NCBI RefSeq assembly: GCF_006345805.1
Contig: NC_043003.1
Span: 67,642,001-67,706,000, forward strand
Direction of reading: 5' to 3'
Origin: Octopus sinensis
Taxonomy: Eukaryota
Length of the DNA: 64,000 nt
Shown here: piece by piece, positions 13,090 to 26,834 of the stretch
Position numbering within the stretch: the first letter of the stretch is position 1
How the letters are laid out: the number at the start of each line of letters is the position of its first letter
Translations under genes and position numbers: made by a program
The notes under the pieces: model-generated
What the model saw: the letters and a program-made list of their open reading frames with translations, nothing else
Told to the model about the DNA's origin: nothing
The model's database searches: none

Positions 13090-13245
13090 CATCGAAATGT
13101 ACCTTAAGAATGAGAACCTGAGAACCAAGGTTCGAAGTTTCCCCAAGACACCTGATAAAGGCTGGAGGGTATATCAGCCGAAACGTTGTGTTAACAACAA
13201 ACAAGATGAGGACAGATATCCGTCAACAATGTAAATAATATATAG
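13090..13245 (+). mobile_element. Penelope-type terminal repeat with minimal type I hammerhead motif
   Basis: gacac-CTGATAA-a-ggctg-gagggtatat-cagcc-GAAAC-GTT-gtgtt at 13147-13192; homologues at 58517-58740 and 58930-59080. Confidence 0.65.
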
Positions 13246-13459
13246 CTATCGCTTGTTGGGTTTACTCGTTCCAATAACCACACACGCATATATGCATTAA
13301 TTATGCATATGTGTGTATGTATGTATGTGTGTATGTATGTATGTGTGTATGTATGTATGTATGTGTGTATGTATGTATACATATGTATGTGTATATATAT
13401 ATATATACATTTAATATTATATACATTTAAAGTTATATACATGCATGCATATATATATA

Positions 13460-14152
13460 TATACGTTTAATATTGGTAACGAAGTGTAGAGTGTAGATTA
13501 TATTCGCATCCGAAAGCTTCTTTATTGAAAAGGTTTCTACAGCATTTTACATCTGACCAAAGAAGTAGACCAACTTCCAATTGTTCCTTCAGTTCAAGAC
13601 ACACATTCAGTTTCGGCTGCGTTTGACCTTTTCTCTGGAACCAAGGGACACATTTTGTTACAATTCTTTTCATTTGCAATTCCTCGTTCAACATTCGTTC
13701 ATAGGAGCTCTAGGACATACCACTCATATCATCAAGTTTGTCAATTTTAAGGTGACGGTCCTCCTAGATCTGCTCTTGATGTTTTGATTTGGTCGTCCCG
13801 AACGAAGTTGGTCTTCGAGCGAATTGTGACTATTCCAAAAGCGTAGGAAACACTAACCAACTTGGTTTTGCTCATGGCAGCATCCTTTGTAAGTTGTTTC
13901 AAGCATGACAAATATTTTGGCCGCATTTTGCTCCAACAGAAAACAGAATTTCACGGAAGCGCGCTGTTCCTTCATTTCAGTCATGGCAAAAGTCGACGAA
14001 CAGGAGAAATGCACTGCAAAACAAAGACGCTGTACGTGGCAGCAAGACTGCAATCGACAATGCCTGAGGGTCCCATCAAGTGGCATTTTGCGGCGGAATT
14101 CTGAACTACAATGGGTTTCGCCTACAGAGACAGTTTCCGCTTTATTTTGATT

Positions 14153-14160
<8 letters not shown>
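13460..14160 (-). mobile_element. mariner element, 5' half
   Basis: MTEMKEQRASVKFCFLLEQNAAKIFVMLETTY, LEDQLRSGRP, ELQMKRIVTKCVP (WVP-like). Confidence 0.85.
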
Positions 14161-14179
<19 letters not shown>

Positions 14180-14189
<10 letters not shown>

Positions 14190-14744
14190 ATTTAGGAATG
14201 GTCATATTGCCAGTTTAGCCAATAAAAACACACGCACTATATATTTGGTGTTATTTTGCTTCATTGTTTTTTTATTTTTTACATTAATCCTAAACTTATT
14301 TCGGCCAGAGTTCTTTCATCACACTCCTGTGACCGCATCGGTGGTCCTTTGTTTTCTTCTTTCTTATTTGTGTCTCTCCTTACTAACCGTCAGTCATTTT
14401 GTATTTCTATTGTATGTCTTCATTTGCGCATGCTTATATCTCTATGTGCGTTTATGTTTATTTAGTGTGTGTATGTGGGGGGATGCCTGTAATATTTGTA
14501 TCTTCTGTTTATATATGTTCATGTAATTTGTATTTTGTTTTTGTTGTTTTTGTTTATTCTTATTTTGTTCATGTATTTACATCCACTTATTATTATCATT
14601 ACATATGCTTGTATGTATAACAACAATACTAGTAATAATAATAATACATCGAATCGAAAAAAAAAAAAATTTTAATTATTAAAAAAAATTATTAAAATAA
14701 ATATATATCTATATACATATATATATATATATATAATATATATA

Positions 14745-14796
<52 letters not shown>

Positions 14797-15270
14797 ATAT
14801 ATATATAGTTATTTATTTCTATTAGTTTATTATGTTTTCAGGATCCTCTATCGTCATATGTTGTGGTGTGTGTTAGTGCTCCATTCTAGTTTTCTATTCA
14901 GGCTAGGTTTATTTTCTATTATGTGTGTAGCTTCTGTAATTTGTCTAATTATTGCATCTGATCTATGTGTGGATAATATTTTAATTTCTATGTTATTGAA
15001 TGATCCCCCGTGTTCCTGTTCGGCGTGTTGGTACAGAATCGATTAGCTTTTACCTTCCTTGAGTTGTCTCCAACCATCATTTACCCACTCTCCTATGCTT
15101 CTTGCCGTTTCCCCTACGTATGTCGTTGTCTTGTTACTGCATCGTCCCTCTATACATCTTATACTATAGACTACATTTATGGCTTTACAGTTTGTTTGTG
15201 GGCTAAATCTACATATAGTACAGTACTTATCCGTACAGGGGGTTCTACTAAAAGGATAGGTTCTACCAAT
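14180..15270 (-). mobile_element. Penelope-like element 3' fragment with GIY-YIG endonuclease
   Basis: CTDKYCTICRFSPQTNCKAINVVYSIRCIEGRCSNKTTTYVGETARSIGE in ORF 15043-15435. Confidence 0.75.
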
Positions 15271-15271
15271 T

Positions 15272-15279
15272 ATAGATTT

Positions 15280-15363
<84 letters not shown>

Positions 15364-15371
15364 TAGATATA
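15272..15371 (+). repeat. (ATAG)n microsatellite
   Basis: Direct tandem array. Confidence 0.95.
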
Positions 15372-15594
15372 GGGAGAATTCACGAAAAAAAAACAAAAGA
15401 CGAAGACCGGTGGTGTAGAAAACAAACAGATGCATTAGTTAGTATAACGCTCGGGAATTGAACAAAATCTTTAACATTTCGAGACTACGCTCTTCCACAG
15501 AAAAGAACACAGAAAGAAACAAGGAGATAAAAATATGTGTGTATTGGCTACCGATCTATCATGGCATATCATAAATATACCCAGGCCCATTCCC
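15372..15594 (-). mobile_element. Penelope-type terminal repeat with CUGUGGA hammerhead-like motif
   Basis: Homologous to 42360-42600; minus strand cttt-t-CTGTGGA-a-gagc-gtag-tctc-GAAAT-GTT-aaag at 15469-15505. Confidence 0.6.
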
Positions 15595-16575
15595 TTTTTT
15601 TTTAGGAGTGGAGAGCCACAACAAGACTCACCAAGCATTCCATTCATTTCCCAGCTCAAAGAGGCGAGCCCCGTTCTATGCTGAAGTCAAAGTACAGAAC
15701 ACAACCTCCAATATCAGCGGTAGGGCCGACAACATATTCTGATTTACCCTCACAGCATGATTCTGATTCCGTACACCTTTGAGCAACATCAAATTCACTC
15801 ATCAGTCCACAAACACTCTCGAAACATACCTATCATTTATAAATTTTCTTGCCTCTTTCACTCCAAAACCTCTAAACACCAAACCTTTCCTCGCTCCCTC
15901 CCTCCACATAAACCGAAGTCTGCCTCTCGTTCTGCTGCCTACCACTTCTGCATTCATCACCCTCCTTACCATCCGCTCCTCCCCCATCTTCTGCATGTGA
16001 CCAAACTACCTCAACATTCGTCTATCCATTTTGGTTGTTAGTTTTTCTCTCAATCCCGCTCGCCTTCGCATCTGCTCATTCTTCATCCAGGCTATCCGTG
16101 TCACACCAACCATAACCTTCATATATTTCATCTCAAACACATCTAGTCACCTCCTTTCTGCCACTCTCAGCCACCATATGACATTGTCGCCACAATCACA
16201 CCCTCATACACACCTCTTTTCGCTTTCATACTCAGCATTTTAGCTCTCAACGTACCTTTCCCAATTCCAAGTATTATACTCACCTCCCTCACTCTGTATC
16301 CTGTCTCCTCAGTCAACTCACCATCCACCGTCACATGTGATCCCAGATACTTAAAAACACTCATCTCTTCTAACATCTTACTATTTCTACTTATATCCAT
16401 CCTACCCGCCTTTCCATCTCTCGAACATCTTATCACGTTACTTTTAGCTACATTCACTTTCAGTTTCCTCCTCTCACACATTCTTCCAAACTCTACTACA
16501 GTTCTCCTCAGGTGCTCTTCTGAATCCGCAACGAGGACTGGATCATGAGTAAACAACAACTGATTGATTTGCCAT
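15595..16575 (-). mobile_element. 5'-truncated RTE-clade LINE, degenerate
   Basis: QLLFTHDPVLVADSEEHL (LFADD-like), KLKVNVAKS, FKYLGS, FGHMQKMGEERMVRRV, RGRLRFMW; A-rich 3' tail at 15595-15603. Confidence 0.9.
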
Positions 16576-17689
16576 TTCTCTCTATTTTCTCCCACCATAT
16601 ATATAACCCAGGGATCAAGGTGTTGTAAGAAAGTTATCTTTGATCAATCCATAGGAAATATGACTTTCAGGGACAATGGTGGTTTCTTGAGACGGAAAGT
16701 TGTGGATTTTTCCGTATCGAAGTACAATAAACTGAAAAAAGTTATTTTTATATCTCTCGATAGGCGGCTAGAGTTGGCGAGTATGCGAATAAGAATAAAA
16801 GACTTAAAGAAAGGAGTAGATAAGATCCGAGCTGCATATGTTTCATAGCGAGCGGAATATTGGAAGTGGTAAATATCTGAGTGAGGTGTATAGCGCAGGC
16901 TGCTCGTCAAGCCAAGGCTTTCTTGAGTAAATGAGAGTTTACCTTGTCGCAAGGAGGTACATGATAACACATGGAAGGTTGATCAGAATCTGTATGTGTG
17001 TGTGTGCGTGTGCCTGTGTGAGTATGTGTGTATGTATGTGTGTGTGTTTGTGTGTGTGTGTTTGTATTCGTAGCTTTTACCCAAAGAAATGCTATAGTGA
17101 GAATAGCAGTTTACTGATATAGGTCGTTCACATGTTCGTAGAGTATGTCTTCCATCCTCAAAAACAAATTCTTGTTGCCTTTCTTCATTGACTACAAATA
17201 ATGCGATTCGAGCGGTAGCAAGGTGTTGTTATCGATTTTTAGATGCAGGATAGAAGAAGGCAGTCCGGTGTTCACAGATGTCGACATGTTGTTTACAAAG
17301 CTGACATCGTTACAAACAGACAAATGTCGAAGGTTAAAGAACGTAATATAGAACATTGAAGGAAAAAATCGCAGCGGGACACTATGCAGCTGCGAACACT
17401 GACGCTAATCACCAACGTACGCTGCAATATATATGTGCGGCGATAGTAGTAACACATCCTTAGTTTGCGCTTTTAAACATTACTCAAAATACTTTACTAT
17501 TACTAAGTTCAAAATATAGAATTATCAACAACTCGAATAGGAGCTTTTATAAACATATTTTTTAGAATACGTTAAAAGTGAAGTGTGAATTTCTGATTAC
17601 TATTTCCAAATCACGTTTTAAAACACACGAAAACTGCATCGTAGCCGATTCCTCTAAGTCCCGTTTAGAAGATTTGTTATAAATATTTA

Positions 17690-18050
17690 TGTCAACCTAT
17701 TGTGGACATATTCCGTTGTAGAATTGTTAATATCGAAATATATTTAATAGAGGGGCATTTGCAAAATCTGTATAACAAATTGAACGAAATTTTCAATAAG
17801 GGTGATAGAAAATATGTCGGCAAATGGATGTTTAGTGGCATCCGTTGAACAGTGTGTGTTGGGAAGTACATCATTTGTGTGTTGTAGAAAATTGATTTGA
17901 TAGCCGACCATTTCACATTTCTCCAAAATATTGACAAATTTATCCTGGGTAAATTGAGAGTATAAAAACATGTTTGCAATTCGCTTAAAGGTTTGCAATA
18001 TGTGAAAATGATACAAATGCTTAAAATATGGCTTGAGTAATGCACACGAG
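17690..18050 (+). mobile_element. possible hAT (Charlie-like) transposase C-terminal remnant
   Basis: IEGHLQNLYNKLNEIFNKGDRKYVGKWM resembles the HL..L...F..YF....W..NPF segment; weak. Confidence 0.2.
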
Positions 18051-18399
18051 GAGTTACTCAAGTTATGGAAGACGATAACAATAAATGAAAACAACGACAA
18101 CACATTTTATGGTATCTTTTTTTACATAAGATATTTATATAAGATGTTTGCATAAGATGTTTAATAACCATATATAACTTCGGGTATGTTTTCCTTTCAA
18201 ACAAGAATGTTTGGAGAATTTCATTGCTACTGGTATTATTTGCAAAGGTATTGTGAGTGAAAGCATTGATGGATTACTCTGTTTTTATTTGTGATCGGTT
18301 AAGATAAGTTGCATCACAAGCGGTAGGAATGTGATATGGCAATAACAGATGTACGTTACCTATCTTGATAATTAGCGCCCGCAGGAAGGAGTGTTGTCG

Positions 18400-19430
18400 C
18401 TTCTATTCATTCACTGTTTGTTGCTAAATACCCGGAAATGCTCTTCTAGGATGGCCAATATGTCTGAAAAATAGGATGTTCACAAGGCCAATACAGGAGT
18501 GGAAAACGGGAATTGCGATGAAAGACACTTTTTCCGACGCTATATGCAGCATCCAATCCCTTGCGATCGTAAATTAAAAGGTCTCAGGTAATTGTGACTT
18601 TATTCATACCTCACCGATCAGTGCCAACCGTAATAACTTGGGGTTAAATTCGATAAATATGCTTGATAGATTGCATCTTCTTATATTCTTGCAAACCATG
18701 TTCATGTTGAAGAAATTCTTGTATCTTTAAAATGACTTTTCCCTAAGTTCAGTGCATCATGATGTTGCTTGTCAGATTCGTTTGGCGAAACAACGCAATA
18801 ATTTGTTCGTGTGCAAAATTGAAAAGTAACGTTGAAGCACAAAGCAAAAATTCTCATGAAGTTCCCCAAATTCCGGATATATGATTGCTGATCTGTTTTA
18901 CTTCATGGTGAACTATTGTGCATCCGTCCATTGGGTTCGCTGAAAAGAAACCAGGCGTATGTTCAATGGGTGTATGAAGGAGACCAGGCTAAATGGATTC
19001 AACTTTTCCTTACTAATCTCAGAACTGGAAAAAATCCATAGCGTTATACCGGAATGATGATCTTATCGTCGCTTTTCTAACTCTGCTATCATCTACTCTG
19101 TGAAGAAACGCATGGCCGAACGCAGCTCTTACGTCCACGGCTATCGTCCTCACTGCGATACGAGCCCACGAAGCAAAGATGTTGTACTTTCGATCACCAC
19201 ATCTATGTGCTTTATAAACCCCCCACGTGAATACTGCCCTTGAGTTCGCGCTGTTCCATTCATTTTCTTCATAATGCAAAATATGTTCTCCTGCCAGATT
19301 CTGCTTGCAATTCATGTAATTCTGCCTCGTACATGGCAGATGTCAGATTTGTGTAAATGTATTTCCAATCGAGAAAGAGTAACTGCACATTCTCCAGTAA
19401 AACCTTGTCGTTTTAGTCATAATTCCACCT
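18400..19430 (-). mobile_element. degenerate remnant of the EEADTR/HAFTGCD-type transposon-associated protein
   Basis: IAIPVFHSCIGLVNILFFRHIG (about 18440-18520) resembles ALPVFHAFTGCDTTSFF.GIG; NESDK upstream resembles HEEADT; many stops. Confidence 0.3.
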
Positions 19431-20111
19431 GTTGCTGCTTCCGCTGCCTAATACGAGAAGATCACTACGTATCAGTCACCGCCGGATGGATTTATTTTCG
19501 TGCCGCTCTTAGTCGAAACAGGAGTAACGATAACAGACAGACTTCCATTTACTCCTGTGAAATTGGCAGAGAATTGTCACAGCTCATGACGAAACTTCGT
19601 GAGGTAGTGTGGCGGATGCTTCGAAATTTGTAACCTGATCATTTGCAATCCAATCAGCGGAAAGCAGCTAAGACAAATTGTATATTTAATGAAAAATATA
19701 TTAGAGCTGAAGCAAGAAAAGAAGATTAATCGTCCTCCCGATTATACAGCTTATATCAAAACTCCATTAATCAACTTTTATAATCAGGAGGAAGCATCAT
19801 AATTAATCTTAGAAAAGAAGCAAAAAGAGAGAATCTAATTACTGAAAATGATAGTTTGCCATAAAACATGTAAATTTAGACAGTTCAGCAAGGTAAATTC
19901 TTCTCTGTATACATTTTGCGATAATAAGCAATATGAATATTTAGGACCTGCGAAAGAATATACTGCTAGTGGCATTCATACACAGTTTCACAATAATTAT
20001 TTGACAAATACATATCCAGAAAAATCCTAGATTGATCTCTCATAGGGAAGGTCTCAGCTGTTATTTAGTAATTGTGATATATCCTCCAGTGGCAGTGATA
20101 AAATTAATAAA

Positions 20112-20522
20112 GGCGTAGGAGTGACTGTGTGGTAAGTAGCTTGCTTACCAACCACATGGTTCTGAGTTCAGTCCCACTGCGTGGCAACTTGGGCAAGTGT
20201 CTTCTACTATAGCCTCGAGCCGACCAATGCCTTGTGAGTGGATTTGGAAGACGGAAACCGAAAGAAGCCCACTGTATATATGTATATGTACATATATATG
20301 TATGTGTGTGTGTTTGTGCGTCTGTTTGTCCCCTGCAACATTGCTTGACAACTGATGTTGGTGTGTTTACGTCCCCGTAACATTAGCGGTTCGGCAAAAG
20401 AGACCGATAGAATAAGTACTAGGCTTACAAAGAATAAGTATTGGGGTCAGTTTCCTCGACTAAAGGTGGTACTCCAGCATGACCGCAGTCAAATGATTGA
20501 AACAAGTGAAAGAGTAAAGAGT
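20112..20522 (+). mobile_element. tRNA-derived SINE family A, full length
   Basis: ggcgtaggagtgactgtgtggtaagtagcttgc...gagttcagtcccactgcgtggc... through the gtgaaagagtaaaga tail. Confidence 0.92.
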
Positions 20523-20728
20523 AAACATATATAGTATTTATGCTGTATAGCATTTCATATATTTCTATTTATTTGTTTTTAAAAATCAAATTTCTCATAT
20601 GTGTAAAACTCAAAGTAACAAAAATGGTAGAAAGCGCGGCCAAGATACGCTGTCGCAGGTTTTGTCCAATGACTTATAATACCAGGTATGATTATTAAAT
20701 TATGAAAAATTTGAAAATATGAAAAATT

Positions 20729-20813
<85 letters not shown>

Positions 20814-21257
20814 TGCATGTATATGGTATATAACAAAATAGGAAGTTGGAAAATTTATGGTATTATTTTTTCACTATTACACGTGTTTCATTTACTAATA
20901 GGAATTATAGAGTTATCATTTAATTCCTCTACCTCAATAATTCCTAACAGGAAATTCCTTACATGCCTATCTACTATGTCAAAGTGTAATTCTTATTAGC
21001 AAAAGGAACATGTGTAAAGGTGAATAAATATTAGGAATAAATTTGCCATGTTCCTGTTTTGTTATAATTATGCAAATAATAGGTCTAGAATTTTCAACTT
21101 TAATATTTACTTCGTACCTATACTGAAACAACAACAACAACAAACACATATTGGGTTGTAATAATGGAATAAGCAGATGTGCTTCAAGAGAAGCAGCTGG
21201 GATTTTACCCTACTTATTTACATTACACATACATACATACATACATACATACATACA

Positions 21258-21295
<38 letters not shown>

Positions 21296-24200
21296 TGTGT
21301 GTGTGTGTGCTTGATGCTTAATTTTAGGCAACATAAAAGCCTACGTTACAATGTAAATCTCTTCACAAATGCTGAACATAATTTTACAACTCCAAGCCTC
21401 TCGCTTTTCTAACGAAATTCTGAAGACACTATTTCCGATCTCTAATAAGTTATGCGGAATTTCTTGCGTCGTATATTAATTACAATATTTGCATGACCCG
21501 CTGTAATTTAATTCCAAAATATCTAAGTAGGACAGTAAATAAAAAGAGAAGAAACTGTTAGCTACCTAGAGAATTACTCATGTTACATCACAATTTGTTT
21601 GATTCACTTCCTATATACTTATTACTTGATTAGTTCGTGTTTTCCAGTCATAAACTTATGTTTTTTTCAATTGTATTTCTATATTTCTTTCTTTGATCAT
21701 AAGATGCAGCAGACCTTTTCATGCGCATAAAGATAACGTCTGGTTCAGTATATACACGAGAAACCCATATTTGTTAGGATTTGATATACTGTATATGTCC
21801 GTTTCGCAGCATTACCCTAAAACTTTTGCATCTGAAATACACGCTATGATTAAGAACGCAATGTAATGAATATCTTATTTATGCAGAATCAGTGAATCTG
21901 TATACGAGCTGAATGTAATGTAAATAACAAAAATTTACAAGCACACGATTAGAGAGAGATTGTGAAAATCTAAACTATTCATTAATATAATATATTTATA
22001 AGCTATTTATCCTCAAATAATTGCAGATGCGAATAGAGATTTACTCGAACGCAGATGTAGTTTAATCATATAATTATGGTAGGATTTTGCGAATATACTT
22101 GAAGCAGTCTAAGCATTAGTGATTTAAGGTAAGAGGCAACGTAATATCTGAACCTTTTCTTTCTTCTTTTATACATTACTGTCTATTTGAGAGGTATATT
22201 TCAGTGACATGTATATAAACGTTAGCAGTGAAAACAAGATAGTATTAATTAAAACAGTATATAGAATAGTGATTATAATGATGAAACAGATAATGAGATG
22301 AAACAGAAGATACAGATAAAATTGATGAGAATACAGCTATGTCTATAATGATGATTACATTGTCAGAAGAATTAGCGAAATATCGAAAACACATTGTCTT
22401 TTCTGTGCATAGATTTTCCTTTGAATTTCAATATTATATTCAAATTTTTCTCGAATGTAAAATTGATGGTTAACACAATATTCTCCTGCAGGTGAATAAT
22501 ATGTATCACTGTTTAATTACTTATATAAGTTATCAGTCAATCTCTTAAGAATGATTATCATAGACAGAACGAAAGCTATATAGACAGTACAGTTGTAATT
22601 GGATCAAGTTATAGTCAACTATTAATTATACGTAAATGTATGTTTTTAGTAGATACGAAATATACGATTTGCAGTTATACAGCACAATTTAATGTGAAGC
22701 ATTTACACATGGGTTTTGGCAGATGTTAGAATATTTGACAAAGTAATATTTTTCTACATACTCCCTAAAGACATGAATTTGAATTACATAAATTACAACG
22801 CATTAAGCAAATTGGTTCTTGAAAAACACTGTCTTTAATAACAGATATAAAACTATAAATGTCTAGCAAATGGAGGTAATGAAGACAACGAATAACTTTC
22901 AATTAATTTTAGACGTGGTTATATTTATAGCCTATTTTCATTGAAATTCTACGAAAATGCAGTTTGATTTCCCTTCAAAATAATATTCTGTATTCTTGTT
23001 AATAAGATCTAATCACTTAGTTTGATTAATGATTATTCTCCTTATGGTAATTAGTTATTAGAAATGTTTAGAAAATTTGTAATTTTATTGGGCTGTTCAT
23101 TTTTGTCTTATTTAGGTTAAATTTCTTAATTAAATGTTATGAATATCATTTCGATAACGAACTTTATTAATAACTGGTGCAATATTATAGAACAGATTAT
23201 GGCCTTTTTTTATTTGTTTTCTTTTCAGACAGTAACATTTAATTAGACTGAAGACTTTTCAATCAAATACTTCACATTTATTAAGATGATGACGCTTTGT
23301 AGTTTCCGTTGATAATACACAAAATTATTTTAAAAACACGAATAAATAAAACTGTGCGCTATTAACCTCATAAAACAGAAATTTGAAATCTCCATTGACA
23401 CTTTCATTATTGTAGAGCGAATTGTATTTTAAACGATTTGTGTAACACTGATCGAAATTATATTAATATTCATACAAAACGAATTATGAATTACAGAATT
23501 TGCGAGAAACAACATAGCACAATTAATATTTCGTCTGTTGTTGTTATATGTTCATTTCTTTTCCCCCTTATTTTCAAAATATAATTGATTTATATTGAAA
23601 AATATTCCACCTTAATCTGTATTTCGCAGGTTTTGTCAGTGTTTCATTTTAAATTTCTGTAAGATTATAATTAGAAAGAGCTGACCATATCATGTGGTTT
23701 TTAATTGAAAAAAATATATTACCGTTTCAAAATTTAATTTGAACGACCAGACAAACGCGTCAATATTGAATTGTAATATGATAAAATTATTAGATGTTAT
23801 ATAACGACGATTATATACTAAAATATGAATGCTTAATTATTAAGTCACATCACATAAAACTAATTAAGGAAGTTTTATATATAAAATTCACTTTCATCAA
23901 AAAAACAACTATGTTCATGAAAAGACTAATTTAAAATTTAGTAAGTCCTGATCAGGTGTTGTAAAATCTACTTGATAAACACATACATTAGCATAAATGC
24001 ATGCATTTACCTATGTCCATTCATATGCAAATAGAAATGGACCACTCAATTTTTGACACACAACACAAACGCGCAAGATAAATTCTTGTATTCCTAGATA
24101 ATACTACGAAGACGTAATGGATCTGAAATTCTCCTCTGCTCATATTTTTGCATGATCATCATAGGTGTGAAGTAAACAGTAATAAACAAAGTGCACACCA

Positions 24201-24940
24201 TGCATTAAACACGAGGAAAATTTCATTGTGTTTCGAAATTGAATATTTTTTGTTAACGTCAAAATATGAATTACGTGTCGAACAGTACTTTAAATGTCGA
24301 ATAATAATAACAAATTATTGGAATTTGATCATTCGATGAGATAGCTGCATCAGTTTTTGGTTAAATACGATAATTTTATAACCATCTTCGAATTTTAACA
24401 TCCTTAATATGTTCTTTAATAATTTAAAATATTTCATATGTACGTTCACGCCATTTCTATTATCAGGAAACATAAACGCGATCAGGTTCCGATTTTTCAT
24501 TTCGCAATATCGATTCCAGCCTCTTATACAAAATAGATATAAACGTAGTTACAACTTATTATGTAAAAGAATAGAAAGGATATATCTCTAGCGTGATATA
24601 TCTCCTTCTTTAAAATTTAAAGAGAATGAAATCGATGTCTATCACCATTATAATAAATGAAATCATTACAATAATTACCGCTGTATACAACAACTCCCTG
24701 CCAATGAATATATATATATGAACATTGATTTAGTCATCGTATTTTCGTTGAAATTATGCCACCAGCATTTAAAAGACAACATTCACACATACTTATATGT
24801 ATGTATAGATACGTTTGTATATTTGTGTGTGTGTTCAAATCATACATGCACATATTCATACACACAATATAATATAGATATATATTATATGTATATATAT
24901 ATATATATATATTGTATATATATATTATATATATATATAA

Positions 24941-24975
<35 letters not shown>

Positions 24976-25189
24976 CTCATATATACATATCACGTGTATG
25001 TATTTATATTATATAGTGTTATGGAGAGAAACCAAATATAATATCTAAAATGAAAGGAAATCACTGGTCATCTTAATTATCGATTATGACAATGACAAGA
25101 CACTTTTCGTTGAACTGTTTCACCAGTTCAGTACCTAATTGCCCGCAATGAAGAGTAAAACGACAGGGGAGGAGGGGGAGGACTTTATT

Positions 25190-25960
25190 ATTACTATGGT
25201 TTTTATTCTTCCTTGAATTGTGTTTCCATTTATTGCGGAGTTCTTCCCGACCCTAGGTCAAAGAATCTTATTGTATACACTGATACGCTAACAAAATAAA
25301 ACGGCAGAGAATTCCTTTACAAAATAAAATGAATTTAATGGGGAACGAAAATGATAAATGTTAAACCTTTGCATCGGTGGTAATTGTTCTCAAAGCAAGA
25401 ATGATGATCTCAATACGTGTGACGTACCAGGTAAAACAATCTTTTTCACTCCTTGCAAGGATTGGAAGCCATGGGTCATCCTCAAAGAATTTCCCGTTCC
25501 TCTTTTGATCATTCCATACACTCCTACAATTACTGCTATTGTAACCGCCTTACGACGCCACATTTATTCGATCTATGTTTTGTGATCTTGCCAAATTCGG
25601 TTGCCAAGATATTAAAATCATAAGAAATACAAATGTCAATCAATAAACACATTATTTTGGTCTCACCCAGTTTATTAGATTAGATGGCTGTGTCAGTATG
25701 TACTGGAAAGTCCTAAAGTATCGTTATATTTAATTATTCAGTAAAAGTTGTGCTTATAACACTTGTCAAGAGTTTTGATTCTATAATGCCATACTTATTA
25801 ATCAGTGTGGAATCTGTAATGACCTGCTTTATACACTGCAGACGTCAGAAACTAAGTATCCAGGAATAAAAATGGAACTCTGTTTCAATCTCAGCTTTGC
25901 AGACTCGTCAATTTGGGTGCACTCCATTTTTCATCACATTGGATTAGTAGCTCCAAGTGA
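25190..25960 (-). mobile_element. R4/Dong-clade LINE 3' fragment, degenerate
   Basis: Diverged homologue of 26835-27790 (RLE C-terminus KKIVLPGTSHVLRS and shared 3' UTR cttcccgac.ctaggg). Confidence 0.7.
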
Positions 25961-26109
25961 ATATGCTTAAACTTGAACAGCAATGACAAAACGTTCGCTC
26001 TCTTCATTTAAGCCTGTGTTGCGTAGTCACTGATGTGTGTGCTTCTGTTCATTATGATCTTATTTGCTTTTAGTTGCGGACAACATATATTACACGCGGA
26101 GGTTTGATA

Positions 26110-26174
<65 letters not shown>

Positions 26175-26722
26175 GAGTGAGAGAACAAGGGATGCCATCA
26201 AAGTGACATTGGGGTAAAATATACAAAGCCCGGGTATACCAATCGGGGCTACCTGTCTGATAAGAGCATACCAAGCATATGCATCTCAACCATATGTGCG
26301 CAACATTGTGATCTCATACAAGTAAATAGCGCTTGAACTTCCAGGAGGAGCCCTGTTAGAATTTTCTTCTGGTCGAGTAGCCCATCCCGCTCAAAAGGTC
26401 ACTGAATAAGGATTGTTTAAGGATGTTGAACGAACCACCCATGTTTCTAAACGTGAATTATCCAAACTTCTAAGAATTCATTTCACCACACAGCTATGCC
26501 CACTACCTCTGCGTGTGATCAGAGATTCACATATTGTTAGTCACTAAGGGACATGTTCAACTCGTTAAGGTCAAAAACCTGACAAGCAAATCCGTGGTAT
26601 TGAGCAGAATATTTGCTGTAACCCATCTTTTATACGAAGACAAAACAATGTACATGTTAACACTTCCAATCAGTTAAGATCGGAAGCCATGTGAGCCACT
26701 GCCTGGTACTGCTATCAGGGCT
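26175..26722 (+). mobile_element. non-coding retroposed repeat embedded in (TAT)n
   Basis: Flanked on both sides by (TAT)n, no ORF, ends cctggtactgctatcagggc+(tat)n. Confidence 0.45.
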
Positions 26723-26748
26723 ATTATTATTATTATTATTTTATTATA

Positions 26749-26785
<37 letters not shown>

Positions 26786-26834
26786 ATTATTATTATCATT
26801 ATTATTATTATTATTATGATTATTATTATTATTA

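Noticed and set aside
16580-16975. 109-aa minus ORF between the RTE and a GT tract, possibly a Penelope 5' region
   Set aside because: No diagnostic motif.
17243-17332. Possible 90-nt exon (CRIEEGSPVFTDVDMLFTKLTSLQTDKCR) after a tttttag acceptor
   Set aside because: Weak donor (gttaaa), no recognisable homology and no partner exons found.
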